From the human T2T-CHM13v2.0 reference genome, Homo sapiens, in NCBI RefSeq assembly GCF_009914755.1, contig NC_060937.1: a stretch of 64,000 nucleotides of DNA; one strand, written 5' to 3'. The stretch's first letter is position 1. Each line of letters starts with the position of its first letter. The notes under the pieces were generated by a model that saw only the letters and a list, made by a program, of their open reading frames with translations, was not told the DNA's origin and made no database searches. The position numbers and the translations under genes are program-made. Of this stretch, positions 43,589-60,059 are shown piece by piece.

Positions 43589-43619
43589 TAAACAAACAAA
43601 CAAACAAACAAACAAAAAA
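43589..43619. repeat. (AAAC)n microsatellite
   Basis: About 6 tetramer units, read directly. Confidence 0.9.
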
Positions 43620-44119
43620 CCTCCACAGTATCTGCAGGCTACCTGTGTTATCTAATCAAGCTTATGAGCTACTGGTGCCAGCCTTCACTGGTTGCTCATG
43701 TAAGGTTAGAGAAGTTTCTGGGTTCCTTCCCAGAAGTGGCTAGGACTTCTCTAATGTCTTCACTAAGTATAAGTCAAAGCTATGTCGACTTAGTGAATGT
43801 ATTTATTTTAATATATTTTAAGATATACTAAAAATACAATGTGGTAAATATTTCCTGCCAAAAATATTCAGCTTGATAGAGTACACATTTCTGTATTAAC
43901 ACATATGTATATGTATTAACACAATATCTAACACATAATCTTGTAGTAACACATATGTATTAACACATATGTATATGTACTGACACATAATAGCTATATC
44001 TATCAACTATTTTTGCATTTATGTATTTATATATTGTGTTTGTATATACAAATAGTTGTATGATATATAATATCTATTTTCTGCAAAGGAACGGTAATTT
44101 TTATAGGAAAAATTACCTA

Positions 44120-44653
<534 letters not shown>

Positions 44654-45784
44654 TTAGATAAATTTGGGAGCTACATCTACCTTGAGAGTGTCTCTACTGG
44701 GTCCATGGGAGGAAGCAAGGAAATCTGAGTTCTGCCATCCTAGCCTCCTTTCTCTGGGAATTTTTAATGAATTGTGTCCTAATGGGTCCCTGTATAGCAC
44801 TGTAGCAGCTTTCTCAGGACCGATAGGTAGGACTTTGGAGACCACCCTGGTCCATTCTCACATTCCTGAGGTGCAGGAAGGTCTTGCCCAGTTTGTGCAT
44901 GAACTTGACAGGCAAATAAACCATCTAATCTGGTGAAAAGCAAAAAGCAATATGGAGAGACCTTTGGGGGACAGCATGTTGACTTCCAACTATAAAAAGA
45001 TTAAGTACAGTTAGAATACTTTTCCCATCCAAAGTAACCTTCAAATTTATTACTTACTGGCCAGCTTTACAAATGTATTCACACAGATTAACACGTTGTG
45101 AACATGCTCTGTTAATATTGGGATCTGAAAAAAAAAAAAGGAGCAAGCTCCAAACAATGTTGAGAGGGGGAAAGCAAAGTGAAGCAGGGTAACATTGTCT
45201 CTGCTCAGCAAAAAGTGGTAGGGGATATTATCTAAGATAAATAAAGTAACATGGAATACAACTTTGAGACCATACACTTCAGTTCATAAGGCCAAAACTG
45301 ATCACAGTGAGTGGCAGCTAAAGAGATCTTAGAGATAAAAAAGTGCTTGGAAATCATTTTACAGATGGAATAAAACAAGCTCAAGCCCTTAGTTTTTAAA
45401 AAGAGAAATCAATTTAAGGGAACCCAGTGGAGGGTCTGCTTGCTTCGCTAGAATGATATTCCTGTTGCTTATTTTCCATCATCCCCAGAACATCCTTTGC
45501 CCTTGAGCTCACTCTGGGGGCACCATTGAATAAAGGTCAACAGGTCCCTCTTTGTCTACTACTATAGCAATCCTCATTCCCAGGGCCTTGAGGTGTCTGC
45601 CCTGTATAAGCTAACTGGAAGTCTGCTTTTCATGTTTTCAAAGAACAATGCCTATTTGTTAGCTCAGATAATAATGTAAGGATTTCAAAAACAAAAACAT
45701 ATGGGACATTTTCTTAACTAATATATCATCTTTCATAACATGATTAGATTTTACTAATTTTTCTCTATGTTACCTGAAATATAA

Positions 45785-46214
<430 letters not shown>

Positions 46215-47899
46215 CTATTTTCTATATTTTTCTGTTCACCAATCCAAAATCCAAGCACTTTGTGTGTAAATTATGAAGATTTTAATTTGCCTAAAAATAT
46301 CCAATGACTAATTTCTATTTAATGTATAATTTGAGAACACACTAGATTTTTTTTGAGGGGGGGGCATTTGTTAAGAAAAAGTTGAACAAATCAGATAAAA
46401 CCTGGGCTGATACACCAAATGAATGATGGATAATGCCGCAAATCCCAGCTCTTAGCACAGTGCTTGGCACAGAGTCAGTACTCAGTAAACATAATTATTA
46501 TTACTAATATTTTGACAAATTTACCTTATTCAGCCTCTTTCAAATGAGAAAATTACAGGCATTCCCTTAAGTGCACAATTAAGGAATCATCCCTCAGATT
46601 TAAAACATGATGCACTAAAGAAATGTTAATATTGTAGAGAGGAACAACACTTGGGAAACTGTTAGTCGTTTATACCATTCTGTGAACCCGACTAAGGAAC
46701 ACGAGTTCCGTAACCGTCATCTCCAAGCTTCACAACAACTCCATGCTATAGGCATTATTGTCTCCATTTTGAAAACAAGCATCATGAGGGTGAGAGGTAA
46801 GAGCTAGATAAGCGGAGAGCTGAGGATCCGGAGAGGAATGATTGAAGAAAGGGACCACCAGTTGTGAAAGCCAAGTTAAAGACAAAAATAAACAAACACT
46901 TGTCTTTATCTCAAACTTTTATGCTTTCAAGCAACTATTTATGGAAGCACCTACTATGTGCCAGGTACTCTGTTGGGAATAAATATCATACAGAGTTCAA
47001 AAATTCTGTCACATTCACTCTTAACAGCTTGCTTTCTCTCATGCTCTTTCTCCGCCTGGAACATCCTCCTTTCCCCTGCTTCTCCTCCCCACTCCACTAT
47101 ACCGATGTTTAGAGTCTATACTTTAACATCATCTCCTCTAGAAAACTTTCCCTGAAATACCTGAGCTTCTTGAAATACACTCTCTTTGCATGCCAGTAGC
47201 AACCACTTACCCTACCATGCAATAATTGCTTTTTTTGAATTGTTCCCTAATCCTTGGACTAAGAAACTGTACCTTACACTGCCGCAAAAATGCCACATCT
47301 GTGTTTATTTAATTAATAAATTCACATAGCAAATGAATGAATGACAACAGAATTAAGGGTCTAACAAAAAGAATGAGAAAAGTTAGCATTTCAAGTAAAT
47401 GTACCCTTTAATAACAATCTAATGTATGATTTCATTTAATATGTGTCTTAGCTAGAGTATATTATAAGAATAATTGTTTAATATTGCTTTAAAGTGCAAA
47501 TTGTTTCTTTAGAATTCAATAAATAAATGCTGAACTAGGAAATGAAAGTGTTGTTTAATTTAATTGTCCTCACTACCATGCATGGCTTTTTGATATTTTT
47601 AGTTATTAGCAAAATAGAAATTGACTTTAAAACCAAGAATAAAAGAAATATCATGAATAAATGTTATCTAATATTTCTACACTGCTTACTTTTAATGATT
47701 CAATCATTACAATAAGAAAACAGCAATATGTAGTTCACATAATTAGCTCTTGTAATAATTAGGGGAAGGGGTGGGAGCCATCAATGAAACACACACATTG
47801 TTGTCCAAGTTAAACCAGAAATTCTTGATGACTAACATTAATTGAGAAAAGATGGCTAAAAAAAATAAATCCTATGTGAAACATTAAACAAAGTTATCT

Positions 47900-48430
47900 G
47901 ATGTTTATGTTTTTCTCCTTTAATAATTAATGGAATGTAAATAGTCAGGAGAGGCTTCAGTTTTGCATTGTAACTAACCAGCATTATAAATGGCAGTCAG
48001 ATGTTTACATAATACCCAGAACCCTTCTGTATGGAAGGAGGTTACAAATCTGCCCCTTTTCCCTGTTCAAAGTCAAAAATAATGGTGCCTGATCCCCAGA
48101 GCATTCACTGCAAGAACTGTTTGCATATTCAGTTATTGTTTCTGCTGCGTCAGTCATCTGTTGAAGTTCACTCTAATGTGGCCCTGATCAATTCTGCCAG
48201 CTGTGCTTAAGTGCTGTTTACTATAATAACATCACACTGCATTCTTATTTGGCAACAACAGCTATGACAGCACCTAAATGCATTGAGAAGCCAAGATTTT
48301 TATCATGTACACAGATCAAATTGAAACTGTTTACAGAGGACAGTGATGTTCTATTTCTGTCCATTCTAGTGAATACCAAGAGCACAATAATGGCTTTGCA
48401 AAATTCTGCCCTGTCTAATAATTGAAGATA
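47900..48430. promoter_or_regulatory. Candidate enhancer with a forkhead-site cluster
   Basis: TGTTTAC at 48002, 48215 and 48328; GTAAATA at 47937; E-boxes CAGATG, CATCTG and CAGCTG; repeat-free. Confidence 0.35.
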
Positions 48431-49385
48431 TTGTTGATCTAAATTCTTAATGGGATACAGAAATTATTTTATAATTACATCTTACATGTTGATTCACCAG
48501 AAATAAACCCTCACCTCTAGCATGTCCTGATGTAAGATGTAGTATGAGTAAACTATCTAAAATGAAAATACATTCTGAAAAATATCTAGCAGGAGTAAGA
48601 GTAAATATGAAAGTAAAAAGTAAAAAACTAACAATTTTAAATAATAGAAAAATATGTCAACAAAATATTAGATTGTATGGTTTTCTCACCTCTTAAAATA
48701 ATATGCTTCATCTCATATTAAGCAATAATGCAAACTAAGCCAAATATGTCACTGAAATGAGAACTTAGTATTTCTACAAAAACTTATACACTCCTTGTGA
48801 TCAATATTTGTTACTGCTTTGCTACTTATTTAAAAACTTTTATGTGTGAATTCTACTATTATGTATCACCCAATTTATGGCATTGTTTATTGAAATTTTA
48901 AAAAATCTCTCTTGATTCTGTGAGTCCCTTAGTATTTCCTTTATAGTAAGTGTGATATAAACAAAAATACTGACTAATGAAAGAATAGAAAAGTCACTGA
49001 AATGCCATCCTCTCAGAGGTTTTAATCCTCCTGAAGCAACAGCAAATAAGTGGACATTTTTAAGATTAGCATAGAAAACATACGGATAACTCAATATAAA
49101 TGCATGTCATAGCTCATAAATGCTCTGAAAGCTCCTTCTGAGCTATTACAGTGCATGCTGTGAATGTGTATTAACAATAGTGCACAATCGTACATTAAAT
49201 ACATCATATATTTGCATATTTAGTTCTATTCAACTGTTGATTTTAAAAATATACTTTCTCCAAAGAACTATAGTCTTGGTTTCTAGTAGCCATAATTTTT
49301 CCATTAGTGTCTATCAAAATAGTAACCTAGTTTGATATTATTCAACTTTTAAAATTGCATTTAAATTCCTACAAACCAGGAAATT

Positions 49386-49414
49386 CTCTCTCTTTCTCTC
49401 TCTGTCTGTCTCTC

Positions 49415-49447
<33 letters not shown>
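49386..49447. repeat. (CT)n microsatellite, imperfect
   Basis: Read directly. Confidence 0.92.
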
Positions 49448-52400
49448 GTTGCTCAGTTACTTAGCTATAGCTGAAATTATTATTACTTGGAATTTCAGGA
49501 ACTCATCTTTCTAAAGATTAACAACACTTTATACACTTTAACACTCTTTAGTAGATAATAATTATTTCCCCCAAACAAAATCTGTCATTTCTGATTTTTT
49601 AAGAAAACATGACATTCTACTAAAATCATCAGGTTGCCAGCAAGAATCCAAAACAAAAATAATTCATTCAAACTCCTTAATCTAGTCATTGAAGATTGAC
49701 AGTATCTTTTTATATTTTGAAAGCTCTTTTAACATTAACTGATATTTTAGTGTGTGAAGAAACTAAAGCTTTCTACATATAAAAGTTCATCTTTTGCCTT
49801 CTCACCACCGTCAGATAAAAGCATAAGGGACTTGAAGTCACAGTTCAGATATACTAGTCCCACAGAAATAAGCCCAATACATCAGCATCAGGACAGGCAG
49901 CAGGTGTGAGCAGTGACTAGAAAAGAGCAATGATACACAAGGAAAGCAAGCCAGAGAAGAGTTAAACCTAACCTATTAATACCACTATGCATGGGATAAT
50001 AGAAAGGCCCTCTTGTTACTAAAGGTGAAGCTATCCTGGCTAGAAAAATAAGCGAACCACTGCAAATATTGTAGTGACTGTCCTGTGAATGGATTGCCAC
50101 ACCAAATGACAGAACTCTCTCAATTCCACTTTCCAATAACTTCAAGGCACTAGGGATGTGACAGCATGATGAATACCACAACAGACAGCTCCAATATGGT
50201 ACCATTTTACCAGATCAATATCTCGCTGCAATATAAGAAAAAAGGAGCTGATATTAGTCTACACAGTGTATTACAGATGAGGTACATTTCTTCTTACTGC
50301 ACTCCTGCTGAACCAAAGCAATAATTCACAGATTCCTTAAAAGGTTCGTGCACCATCACATGCAAAAAAAGGCTAATCCTTATTTTAACATCTGCTTGAA
50401 GATGTAATCACTTAAAGAAGTATGCAAGTTTTTTAAATGCCTTTTTCATTTATCGCTTACCAAGATATATAAATAACGAAGTTAGTATATCCAGGTCTGA
50501 AAAAGTACAAACATTCATAGATTGCCTTGCTGACACTGTTCCAGTAATAGTATGAAGAAAATTGCCCTCAATATTTCACTACCAGCCTACCTAACTTGCT
50601 TCGCAAGTGGAAGAGCACTTTAGAACTTTCCACATTTTGAGTGTGTGAAATATAATCAATTCTCAATTATCTGCAATGGTTTATTCTTTTTTGGATTATT
50701 CCATATTTCCTTTTTAAAACCAAAGTCACTGTGATCAGCTACCCCTAAAGCTGCCAAGAGCTGTAAACTACTATACAAGAAATATTAGTTGCCATGTGTA
50801 CAAATCATACAAAAGTAATATAGAGTAATTCTCATGCCATAGTCAAAGTATAAATGACCAAATGTTTTATTGTTTCAAAATATTTTAATTGGTTCAGGCC
50901 ACAGATGCAAAGAGAAACCAAAATAACATACTAAATCAGAAGCAGCTTAATTCTGACTTAATGTGACTCATGATTATCTTTTTTAATGTACTCTATACAT
51001 CATCCACTGGAGTATTACTTTTATTTTCCTCCATTTTCTCTTTTTTTCATATCCTGTTTCAGCAAAATAAATATGTATTTCCTCAAGCAAAGTTCCAGAC
51101 TGTTCTATTAGTGCTTTAAAATGGAGGAATTCACAGCTGGCTCACCTGGTTAGTGCTTCCTCTCTGATCGTGCCCATTTCCCTTCTGGCATCGGCCATGG
51201 CTCTGGATATAGATACTCCCAATTAATATCTCTAAAAATATGAGATATGCTTCCTGGCTCCTGTCCAACTACAAATAATAATTTACCTTTCCTTGCCCCC
51301 TTTCATGCTATGCAATCAAGTATCTGTACTATGGTATGTACAGTCTTTAGAAGATATGGGAGTTGATACTTTGCAAGGGGATGATGACTCTCAGTATTTT
51401 CCTAGCTGCTGCCAACCTGAACTATGAAGTAGGTCAGCACTAAGAGTTTTGTTTTACAGATGAGGAAAATGAGGTTTATGGAGGTTAAATGGCTTAGCCC
51501 GTTGACCCAACAGCTGTCAGACTTTAGTAACCATTCTCTGGGCCAGTGATTTCCAGCCCAGATTTTGTAATACCCCAGGGTGTCTCACATTTCCTAAAGT
51601 ATTTCATGAAATTCTCAAAAAATATTCCATTAAAGATAAATGTAGGCCAAATTATATCTTTTAGACATAACCAGGAAAAAAAAAAAGGCACAAATATATC
51701 GCACAACTCTGCAAAACGTAAAAAACGCCACTATCTGGTGATTCACTGCATTGCAGGAGAGTCTAATAAAAAACAAAGAGGTAGAATAATAAGGCAAGTA
51801 TGTTATGAATTGTTAAATATCATTTCTTCCTTGGGTCACATCGCTTTTAATATCATTCTGTTTTTATCCAGGAGATGGGCAAAAAGACCGGGGCCGGGGG
51901 GAAATCATCATAAACTACTTTATCTCTTCATCTTCTCTTTGAAAATTAACAAGAAAAATCATTAACTTTGTCTATGAGTTTTATTTTATCATGTTCAGGG
52001 TAGATTCTACATACTAAGATGTTGCCTGGAAACACTCCACTTGGCTAATACTGAATAGCAGTGTTCAACAGAGTTGCCGATATCTCCCCACCTTTAGTAG
52101 CTTTAATTTTTTATAGCAGACCTCAATCAAGTATAGCAAAACAAGAAAAATCTGTTTATGAGAATTTTATTAATATATCACACATGAGTTGAGGAAAAAA
52201 AGATATTTTGGATATTAAAGCTGCAATACAAGGCTGTTATACAGGTAGCTATTTAAACATGGACCCCAATCAGAAAAACAATGGTGATGAAAAGCTATTT
52301 TCACAGAACTCTCTTTCAAGTTTAAATTGTGACATCAGTGGGCCCGACGAAACTGGTGTTAATTTTATTGCTCTGACCAAAGCTAGTTAAATCTCTTCTT

Positions 52401-52956
52401 TCTGCAGTCAATGTCCCAAGGTCCCAAGATTATTGTTAGAGCTAGGAAGTCTTAAGTTAGGTCTAATTTGTCTTGTTTTGCAAATGGCACCCCTGAAATT
52501 CAGACAGTTCCAGGGCTACTAAGTAGCAGAACCTAGTCTGAAAGGTATGTATCCTAACTTTTAATTCAGTACATTAAGAGGAAATGATGTAGCTATCAAT
52601 TTCTTCACATAGATCTTTAAGAACATGGGATACTACTTTCCCCAAATTACTATCTAAGAATAGAGACAGACTTGTATAATGTCTTCAAACTAAATCAAGT
52701 CTGTCCCTTGCCTACTCTCTTCCTTTCACATGAATTCTAAAAGTATTTCTTTTAATCACAGCATTAGCAACAAATATATGGAAACCATTACTTTTAAACT
52801 TATGATACTATACCAAAATAATAGAGAATATTCATCATAGACCATTAATTTATTGGCTGAGACGGTATGGAAAAAATACTAAAAAATGTTAAATATTAAA
52901 GTAATGGCTAGAAAATTTAAATTATTTAAATTTAAAGACTAAAATGCGTAAACTAA

Positions 52957-53278
<322 letters not shown>

Positions 53279-54406
53279 AAGACATTTAAAAGTATACTTA
53301 GACCCTATCTACCAGGAATTCATTTTTATTTCCTAGAAATCCAGGGTTCAGAGAATTGAACATCCACCCTCATTTATCCTTTTAAAACTTATAATTCAAC
53401 ATTCTCAGAATATTGAAAGGACTTATATTATGGTTTAGGGTTTGTTTTCAAAACAATGAAAAAAAAAAAAACATTTTATTTTAAAAGATACTGTGTTGAG
53501 TGGCAGCTATGTCCTGGACACTGTATTGGCAATCACAGAAATAAAGGTCAAGATAGATAGGGTAGGATTCCTCTAACTGGATGAACTCACAGTCTAATGA
53601 GGAAGACTGATATAAAATGGTATAATTATAATACAAAACAATCATCTTTAGAGTAGAAATATAAATTCAGATTTTTAGAAGCAAAATATATTTAATAGCA
53701 AAATTTGAAATCCACTCAATTTTCTAAAGGAAAAATCATAACTCTCAGTATATATAGAAAGTTTGCTTTAAATCAAGCAGAATTGAATATCTGATTATCA
53801 TAGAGACGTCAAATTGGGATATATGCTTGCCTGGATGTTGTTCACTTGTGAGAATGACATAGTGAATGTAAAGGATCAGGAGAAACGATGGCTCACGTAA
53901 CAAATTTGTAACAAAAAACTCATATACTGTGACTGTTTGATTTTTGTTAAGTACAATTCAATGCATAAAACATGAGAAATATGTATTAAAAGTCCTAATA
54001 AAAATGTAACACACGTTTGAAGATTTTTGAAAGGGCTTATTATTGACATAAAGCAAAAATAGTTTATTTAGCTTGAATAATTAATATTATGCCTCAGTAA
54101 CTCATAATAAACATGCATTCAATTAAATGTTAAAATATCACTTAAATCAATACATAGTAATTCAAGACTTGGGATCAAAAGAAAAATTAAGAAAAACTGT
54201 TTTAATACCCTAAATGCCATAAGCACTAGAACACAAGCAATATAAGGAAATAACTTGATTTTTTTAAAGGCATTTTCTTTGGAGCTTTAGTAAAATAAAC
54301 GGACCAGTGGCCAAATGGCTCTGTAGAGTCTTTGTTGTCTAACCTGAACAAATCACTTAACCTCTGTAGGGACCATTTTTCCTAATCACAGAAATGGGTG
54401 TAATAA

Positions 54407-54758
<352 letters not shown>

Positions 54759-56499
54759 TTAAAGGTACTTTGAAAGTAGCAATCCAGCTGTTGATAATCA
54801 CAATGGCATTTCTGTATTATCATGCTTTTCAGGGTTGAATCACTGAAGTGCCTTTAGGAAGATGCAATATCAAGATTTTTTAAATTATGGACTTAATTTA
54901 CAAAATATACATAAACATAATTACAAACCTCTCTATGATTAAAAGAAAAATGATGAATATTGTATTCAGAACCAATATGATAATTTCAAATATTTTTAAA
55001 TTGACCACCGAAGACTTGATTACCTGACAACAATATAGAGATTTAGGGCTGTGAACACAGTCTCTCCATGGCCATTGCTCAAAGTTCATTAAGCACCGTT
55101 TAAGGTGATGGGTAACATTTGTCCAGAGAAATTGTCAGGATTTTTTTAGAGACAAATAAATCCTCAGTGGGTGTCAGTTGTGATGTGTGCATTTAAAACA
55201 GATTGACAGAGCAGAAATAGATTTTTATGTAAAAGACTGACAAAATTAACATGTTTAAGCTACTGATCCTATAAAAAGAGATCCCTGGAAAACACCTCTG
55301 TAGGTGTCTAAAGAAATACAGGGAGTGAGAACCTGGAAACAAAACAAGTTTTATTCAAAGTAAATAAATGTTTTATACATATAAAAGGTCTTCAATGTGA
55401 TCAAGAAAAGTGTAAGTTCAAGTGATGACAGATTGCTAAGAAATGCAGTGCGACAGCTAGCAAGGCATCCAGATCCTCAAATATTTTTTTATGGAGGAAT
55501 ACTCTAAAATGTGCCTATATAATTATTTAAGAATAGCTTGAAATACCTTGAAATGCACCACTTAATCAAAATACAGCATCTCCTTTCCCTGAGGATGATA
55601 CATCTGAACACAAATATGTATCTAAATGCTTAATGGGTCTGCCGAAGGAAGTTAACAACAAATAAATGAAAACAAGTACATATAAATATCCGGTATATTA
55701 AAAGATGACTGAGTGGCATATAATTTCTACGGGTAATTCCATGCCCATGTTGAAGTTTAAATTAGTACACTGTTAAGGCCTGCTTTGAAGAAAGTTATTA
55801 TGTACCTTTTAGACTGCAAACCAGTAAACTCCCCCTCCCTCGCATTATGTTGTTGCCAGTCTTTGTCTTTTTTTTTTTTTTCCTGTGGTCCTGTTTAAAT
55901 TCTCACCTTGCTCTGCCCTTGTCATCAAGTCGTTCAAGCACAAAGCAGGGAGCATGGGGAGTGTTTACTCATTTCCCAAGTCCATTATCTTACACATTAA
56001 TCACTGGTCTGGAACTTTTGGACAATGCTGAATCTGTTACCTTTTTTTCCCCTTTCTGGCTGCTTTTACTTGAGAGTCTGACAGTTCACCAGTTTTAAGC
56101 TGCACTAAGACTTGATGACCTTTTCATCTGATTAACTATTTTTGTCCCTAAAAAAAAAAGATAGGCATTTATAGTCCAGTGAAACCATCATGACCTTAAA
56201 TGTGGAAGATGAAGCCTTTATTTTTTCTTCATGGAAAGACAGCCTAAGGGAGCTAAATATTTTAAATATTGGTTTATAAAAGAGTGCCTTTTTTGGGATT
56301 AAGTTCATTCCCCCCAACCCCCACGCTGCCCTCACTATTATTAAGTGTCATTTTCAAAACAAAACATTAGTGAGAAATTCCAGTTAACTTTGGAAAGCAA
56401 ATATTTTTAAATATTAAAGTAAACAATTTTTAACTCTAATATCTTCATGGTTCTTGCATAATATGAAGGACTGTTCTGGGAATTTAAAGTTTAGCTTCA

Positions 56500-57560
56500 A
56501 TAATGATTACTAAACCAAGAGAAATAGATGTAAAAAAGCAGGACAGCTGGAGGCTCTTGAACTATAGTTGTCAAAAGATTTGTTTGTGAAACATGCATTT
56601 TATTGCCTTGTATGCATGTTATAATGAGGCATGGACAACTGCAACATTACACTTAATGACTGCATTTCTTGTTTCAGCCAGTTTCCTTGTCCTCTTGCAA
56701 TTAACGTTTTCCCAGATCACCCAAGGCTACTTTGTCAGGGAGAAAAAAAAAATCTGAAATTCACATAAATGAGCAATGTCAATAGTTTAGAAAGAGTTTA
56801 CTTAGAGAACAAAGGGCCCTTATGAGGCACTAGTGAGAAGAAATGGGGAAAAAATGAGTCCTCACAATGTAAGCCTTTTCTTAAAGCGACTTGTTATCAA
56901 GCAGTTCAGGATAGTCCCTCAAATCTGCATTAAAATGCATTTCATTCCATTGACTCATTTGCATTAATTTCTCCCATTATATCTGAAAATGGCTGAATGT
57001 CTACCCAACACAATGCCACAGCCTATCACAGGCTACCACGGCGGCCCCAGGTGCCAATTTACTCCTCTTAGTTCTTTTCATTCTGTTTGCTGATTCTGAC
57101 AACTGGAGTTCTCCTCTCAGTCCAAGGGACTTTTCAATTGGATTTGCTCGTGGTGACAAAATTGTTGCTTTGCTGAGAGGAGGGGGTTCTTTGATTGAGC
57201 GTCTATCATGCTGCCATGGGAAAGCGAGAGGCGAATGATTCTCAGTGGCTTCTGATTTCCAGTATTTGTTCAGCATTAGGCCCACTTATCTCCAGAAGAA
57301 AAAGCAACATGTAGAAAGAAAGTGACAGGCAGAAACACACTCACTTGCTCGTTCATTCTCACTGCGCTCTGTATTCAAACAAGGGGGACCTATTACACTG
57401 AAAGCTCCAGATCAGCCTCACTCAATTATCACAGTTAATCCTTATAGCTCTATAAAGTAAATATTTCATTACAATTTCAAATAAACAGTCACCCAATCTA
57501 ATGAAGCAAGAACTCAAAGTGGCAATGTCATAGAACTCGTTACCGTCATCAAAGGAAAGG
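56500..57560. promoter_or_regulatory. Candidate conserved developmental enhancer (CNE 2)
   Basis: Repeat-free, with locally higher GC and retained CpGs; overlapping CATTG / TGACTCA (56951) / ATTTGCAT (56957) / TTAAT cassette; several TGACA and ACAAT/ATTGT sites. Confidence 0.6.
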
Positions 57561-58525
57561 ACACAGCCTTGTCTACTAATAATGAAAAAATAGATACTGG
57601 CATATTTATGAACTCAAGGGTGTTGTAGTGGTGAGGATTTCTTTTTCAGTGCCATTGGCCAATTTATCTTTCCAAATACAATTCAGTTATCAAAATTCTA
57701 TGTGTCTTTTTTCTCTCTCTCTTTATTTCTCTTGGTTTTTCACCCCAATCTCTTCATGGGGATCATCATCTTCACTACCCATCATCCACACACTTAGCAC
57801 ATTCCACTATAACTTTTCTTTTTCATAAACATCAGAGAATTTTGATATGGCATTTTGAATTCAGGAAATTTACAGAATATAAAGTGATCATTTTCATAAT
57901 CCATTGTCTCTATCACCAATGTTATCTTAAATCCTTCATCTTGTATGTCCTTATATCCTCTATCTACTACTCTTTTACTCCGGGGCAAGAACATCTAAAA
58001 ATAACTCTCATTTCACCAAATTTTAATAATTTGAAAAAAAAAAGCTTGAATTGAATAAAGATAAGTAGATTAAGTCCTTAATCAAATGTTGAATTACCTC
58101 TATGCTATTCTAACTCTCATTTTAATCCTAATCTTTAGTCTCTCAGGAAATCGTTTTTCTTAAATTATTACTTTATCCTTCTTATTAAATATCCCGGTAG
58201 TAGTCATTATATTTTCACACTTTGTAATTCACTCTATAGGGCAGAGGGTACAATGTGTATAATAGCACCATTTTGCTTGTACTTATAAGCGCTGACTCAA
58301 AAGGGAGTCCATGTTATGCAATAAGACAAAATTTCCTATAGGTAGATTGTAACTATAAACTTCTTCTCTTTTCCTCTCAATTTTACAATACTATATTCTC
58401 CTGTCCTAAAATCATCGTCAAGTAGGAAGCGAGATGAATTGTTTTAGTGAGGAATATTTGCATTTTTCCCTTTCTTATGGGATTCTTAAATACTTACTAG
58501 CCTTTAAAAATATCACCTGAAACAC

Positions 58526-58699
58526 AGACTTCTCAAACATCAATGTGCGTACACATCATCTGGGGTTGGGCAGGCAGGGAAGCTTGTTAAATGCAGGTTT
58601 TGATCCAGTAGGTCTGGAATGGGGCCTGGATGCTAACATTTTTAAGTCACTGGTGATGCTGATTCTGCCGGTCCTGGAGCCATACTTTGATAAGCAAGG
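58526..58699. mobile_element. MER5A-family MITE
   Basis: 'ttctcaaac...agcttgttaaatgcagg...cagtaggtctggaatggggcc...ggtgatgctgattctgccggtcc...catactttga'. Confidence 0.8.
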
Positions 58700-59304
58700 A
58701 CTTAAACTATTGATGGTGTTTATAATTTGTATAATAAAATCAGGAGTAGGGGATCCTTATATTACTATCAAGATAAAGCCATATGTGATATTGTCAACAC
58801 TATTTTATTAATTTCATTAATAAATATATCTAAAACATGGGTGATTTAATAGATAATATTTATATTAATAAACTATCAAAAATGTGGATGATTTAACTAG
58901 GAGTGTTACTAGCAATACTGATAATAATATTGATAATTGAGTGCCTGCTATGTATACTTAATTATTAACTAATTTTTTTCCTCACTACAACCTCAAAGTC
59001 TGTATTGTTATGTTAATTGTATTAATTATACAGACCAGAAAACTAAGACTCGGTGAGGTAAAATAACTGGTCCAAGGTAGGGGCTGGAACTTGAGTCAAG
59101 TATTGTATACAAATGCACTATCAGTTCAGTATCACTTAAATCGACTTACTCCCCCATGCCAAGCCCATATCGCTGGATCACAGTCTATGACATTCATTCA
59201 CCCAATATGTTTTATTGAAGGCCTACAGTGTCTTAGTCCCTCTTCTGGGGACTAGGACATTTAGGTGTGAAAAGACAAGCAAAGTTCCTGCCATGTTGGA
59301 TTTA

Positions 59305-59768
<464 letters not shown>

Positions 59769-60059
59769 TTACCTTCAAATTTAAAATTTGGTACTATTAA
59801 TATTGGACCAATTTAATAATGTAGTTTTTTCTCAGTCATTCCAAGTCATGTAAAAATGCAAATAAACATAAGTGACGTATCACTGGCATATAAAACGGCT
59901 TGCACCACAGATATGGGAAGACAAGTTTAAATGACACCATATATTGGAATAATCCCCCATGTATGTTGCTTTGACTGGTATCTTAACACTCTCTGAGATC
60001 AGTGTCATAATCTTCATCCTCAACATTCACATGTATATATCACCTTATTTAGTTGCTAG

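Noticed and set aside
51546-51965. 139-aa ORF in unique sequence
   Set aside because: It has a GTG start, composition driven by A-tracts and no recognisable domain, which is within chance expectation
57001-57285. 94-aa minus-strand ORF with protein-like composition
   Set aside because: It has a non-ATG start, no recognisable homology and no convincing splice sites. The higher GC of an enhancer-like block explains it better.
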